A stretch of DNA of 18,948 nucleotides from Fimbriimonadales bacterium (GTDB lineage Bacteria > Armatimonadota > Fimbriimonadia > Fimbriimonadales > ATM1), in the NCBI GenBank assembly GCA_051003155.1, contig JBPCLO010000043.1:1-18948 (forward strand). Direction: 5' to 3'. Both the position numbers and the translations under genes were made by a program. The notes under the pieces are model-generated. The model ran no database searches, was not told the DNA's origin, and saw only the letters and a list, made by a program, of their open reading frames with translations. Of the stretch, positions 18,058 through 18,948 are shown in pieces; the first letter of the stretch is position 1, and each line of letters opens with the position of its first letter.

Positions 18058-18603
18058 GTGGAGGATCCAATCATCGCTTTTTGGAAGTGGGCATATTCGG
18101 ACTTGCGCTGCAATACCGTGCGGCCAATGCTGGCTGAATACATCGTAGGTAAGACTCTAGACTGCTTGGGAACAGGTCGCCAGGAGTGGGCCGCATGGGA
18201 CTTCGTCTACAAGAGCAGACGGATAGAGGTCAAGTCGGCCGGATATGTGCAATCTTGGAATCCGACGTCAAAATCACGGATCGTGTTTGGGATACGGGAA
18301 TCCAGGAATGCTTGGTGCCACGATTCAAACAAGTATCTCGGTCCGGGCCGTCATGCCCACATTTACATTTTCTGCTTGAATACGCAACTCGATCCACAAC
18401 TCTCTGGGAACCTGGACGAAAGCGATTGGAAGTTCTTCGTTTTCTCGACTGACGAGCTCATCTCCGACTTTGGGAGCCAAAAGACGGTTGGACTTGACCG
18501 GCTTCAAAGGGTTTGCCAACCCGTCTTCGTTGCTGACCTGAAGGCATCTGTCGACGCCAAGATTGCCACAATCGAGTTGTCAAAAACGATCGTCACCGGT
18601 TAG
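18058..18603 (+). CDS. Hypothetical protein with a PD-(D/E)xK nuclease-like motif
   Basis: 181 aa. LAEYIV...WDFVYKSRRIEVKSAGYVQSW fits the E...D-x(8)-EVK restriction-endonuclease-fold pattern. Its stop overlaps the thyX stop (TTAG 18600-18603). Confidence 0.7.
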   Translation: MEDPIIAFWKWAYSDLRCNTVRPMLAEYIVGKTLDCLGTGRQEWAAWDFVYKSRRIEVKSAGYVQSWNPTSKSRIVFGIRESRNAWCHDSNKYLGPGRHAHIYIFCLNTQLDPQLSGNLDESDWKFFVFSTDELISDFGSQKTVGLDRLQRVCQPVFVADLKASVDAKIATIELSKTIVTG

Positions 18604-18948
18604 GGGCCAGGGGCGAGGAGGGCCAGCTTGCGCCGGAACACCGCTAAAGGCTTCTCATCTAGTTCCGGCTCCTTGCCCTCGAGCATACCGGCAAGGGCCA
18701 GGCACTCCGAGCGCGAGAACTTCACGGCGAACATCCGATGCTCCTCAAACGCCTCGTAAGCCAATGGCGCGACCGCGCGGGCACACTGGGCCAAGGCAAG
18801 CGCGTACTCCCGAATCTCATACTGGGCATGTGCATCTGCGCGCAATTGAATGAAGTGGAAGAGATTGTGCAGGTCGATCTGCCAATACCACTCGGTGTAG
18901 AGGGATAGCGGCAAATTGATACGCGCGAGCTCGCGCGCGAGGCCGAAG
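18600..18948 (-). CDS. thyX: FAD-dependent thymidylate synthase ThyX (3' part; 5' end outside the window)
   Basis: GLARELARINLPLSLYTEWYWQIDLHNLFHFIQLRADAHAQYEIREYA is the typical ThyX C-terminal region. Confidence 0.93.
   Translation of the reverse strand, partial: FGLARELARINLPLSLYTEWYWQIDLHNLFHFIQLRADAHAQYEIREYALALAQCARAVAPLAYEAFEEHRMFAVKFSRSECLALAGMLEGKEPELDEKPLAVFRRKLALLAPGP

Noticed and set aside
17892..18143. 83-aa minus-strand ORF
   Set aside because: It is a read-through translation of the tRNA gene.
1..18948. CRISPR array, IS element, integrase or riboswitch
   Set aside because: I saw no regularly spaced long repeats, transposase or recombinase motifs, or long structured leaders by eye. 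A covariance-model search was not possible.

Overview
Bacterial chromosomal window that is mostly housekeeping. It contains a tightly coupled SUF Fe-S assembly operon (sufB-C-D-S-U-sufT-like-rrf2, + strand) with a clear sigma70 promoter, a convergent trhO-like rhodanese gene, and a complete phosphate operon (pstS-C-A-B-phoB-phoR-phoU, - strand) with a candidate Pho box. It also has tRNA-Ala(GGC) and the 3' end of thyX. Accessory or decayed pieces sit between these blocks: a truncated HExxHxxGxxH metallopeptidase remnant facing a short gene fragment (1-500); a secreted glucose/sorbosone-dehydrogenase-family protein with an unexplained ~155-aa C-terminal domain; a 5'-truncated MBL-fold hydrolase pseudogene with three frameshifts; a DUF937-like membrane protein that seems to lack its usual C-terminal domain; and an orphan PD-(D/E)xK-like ORF between the tRNA and thyX. 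I found no CRISPR array, transposase or integrase, and I cannot support a complete novel multi-gene system. The best leads are the C-terminal domain, the operon-terminal Rrf2 with its putative operator, the nuclease-like orphan and the decayed cargo genes. An Armatimonadota-like origin is a tentative impression from memory, not a search result.
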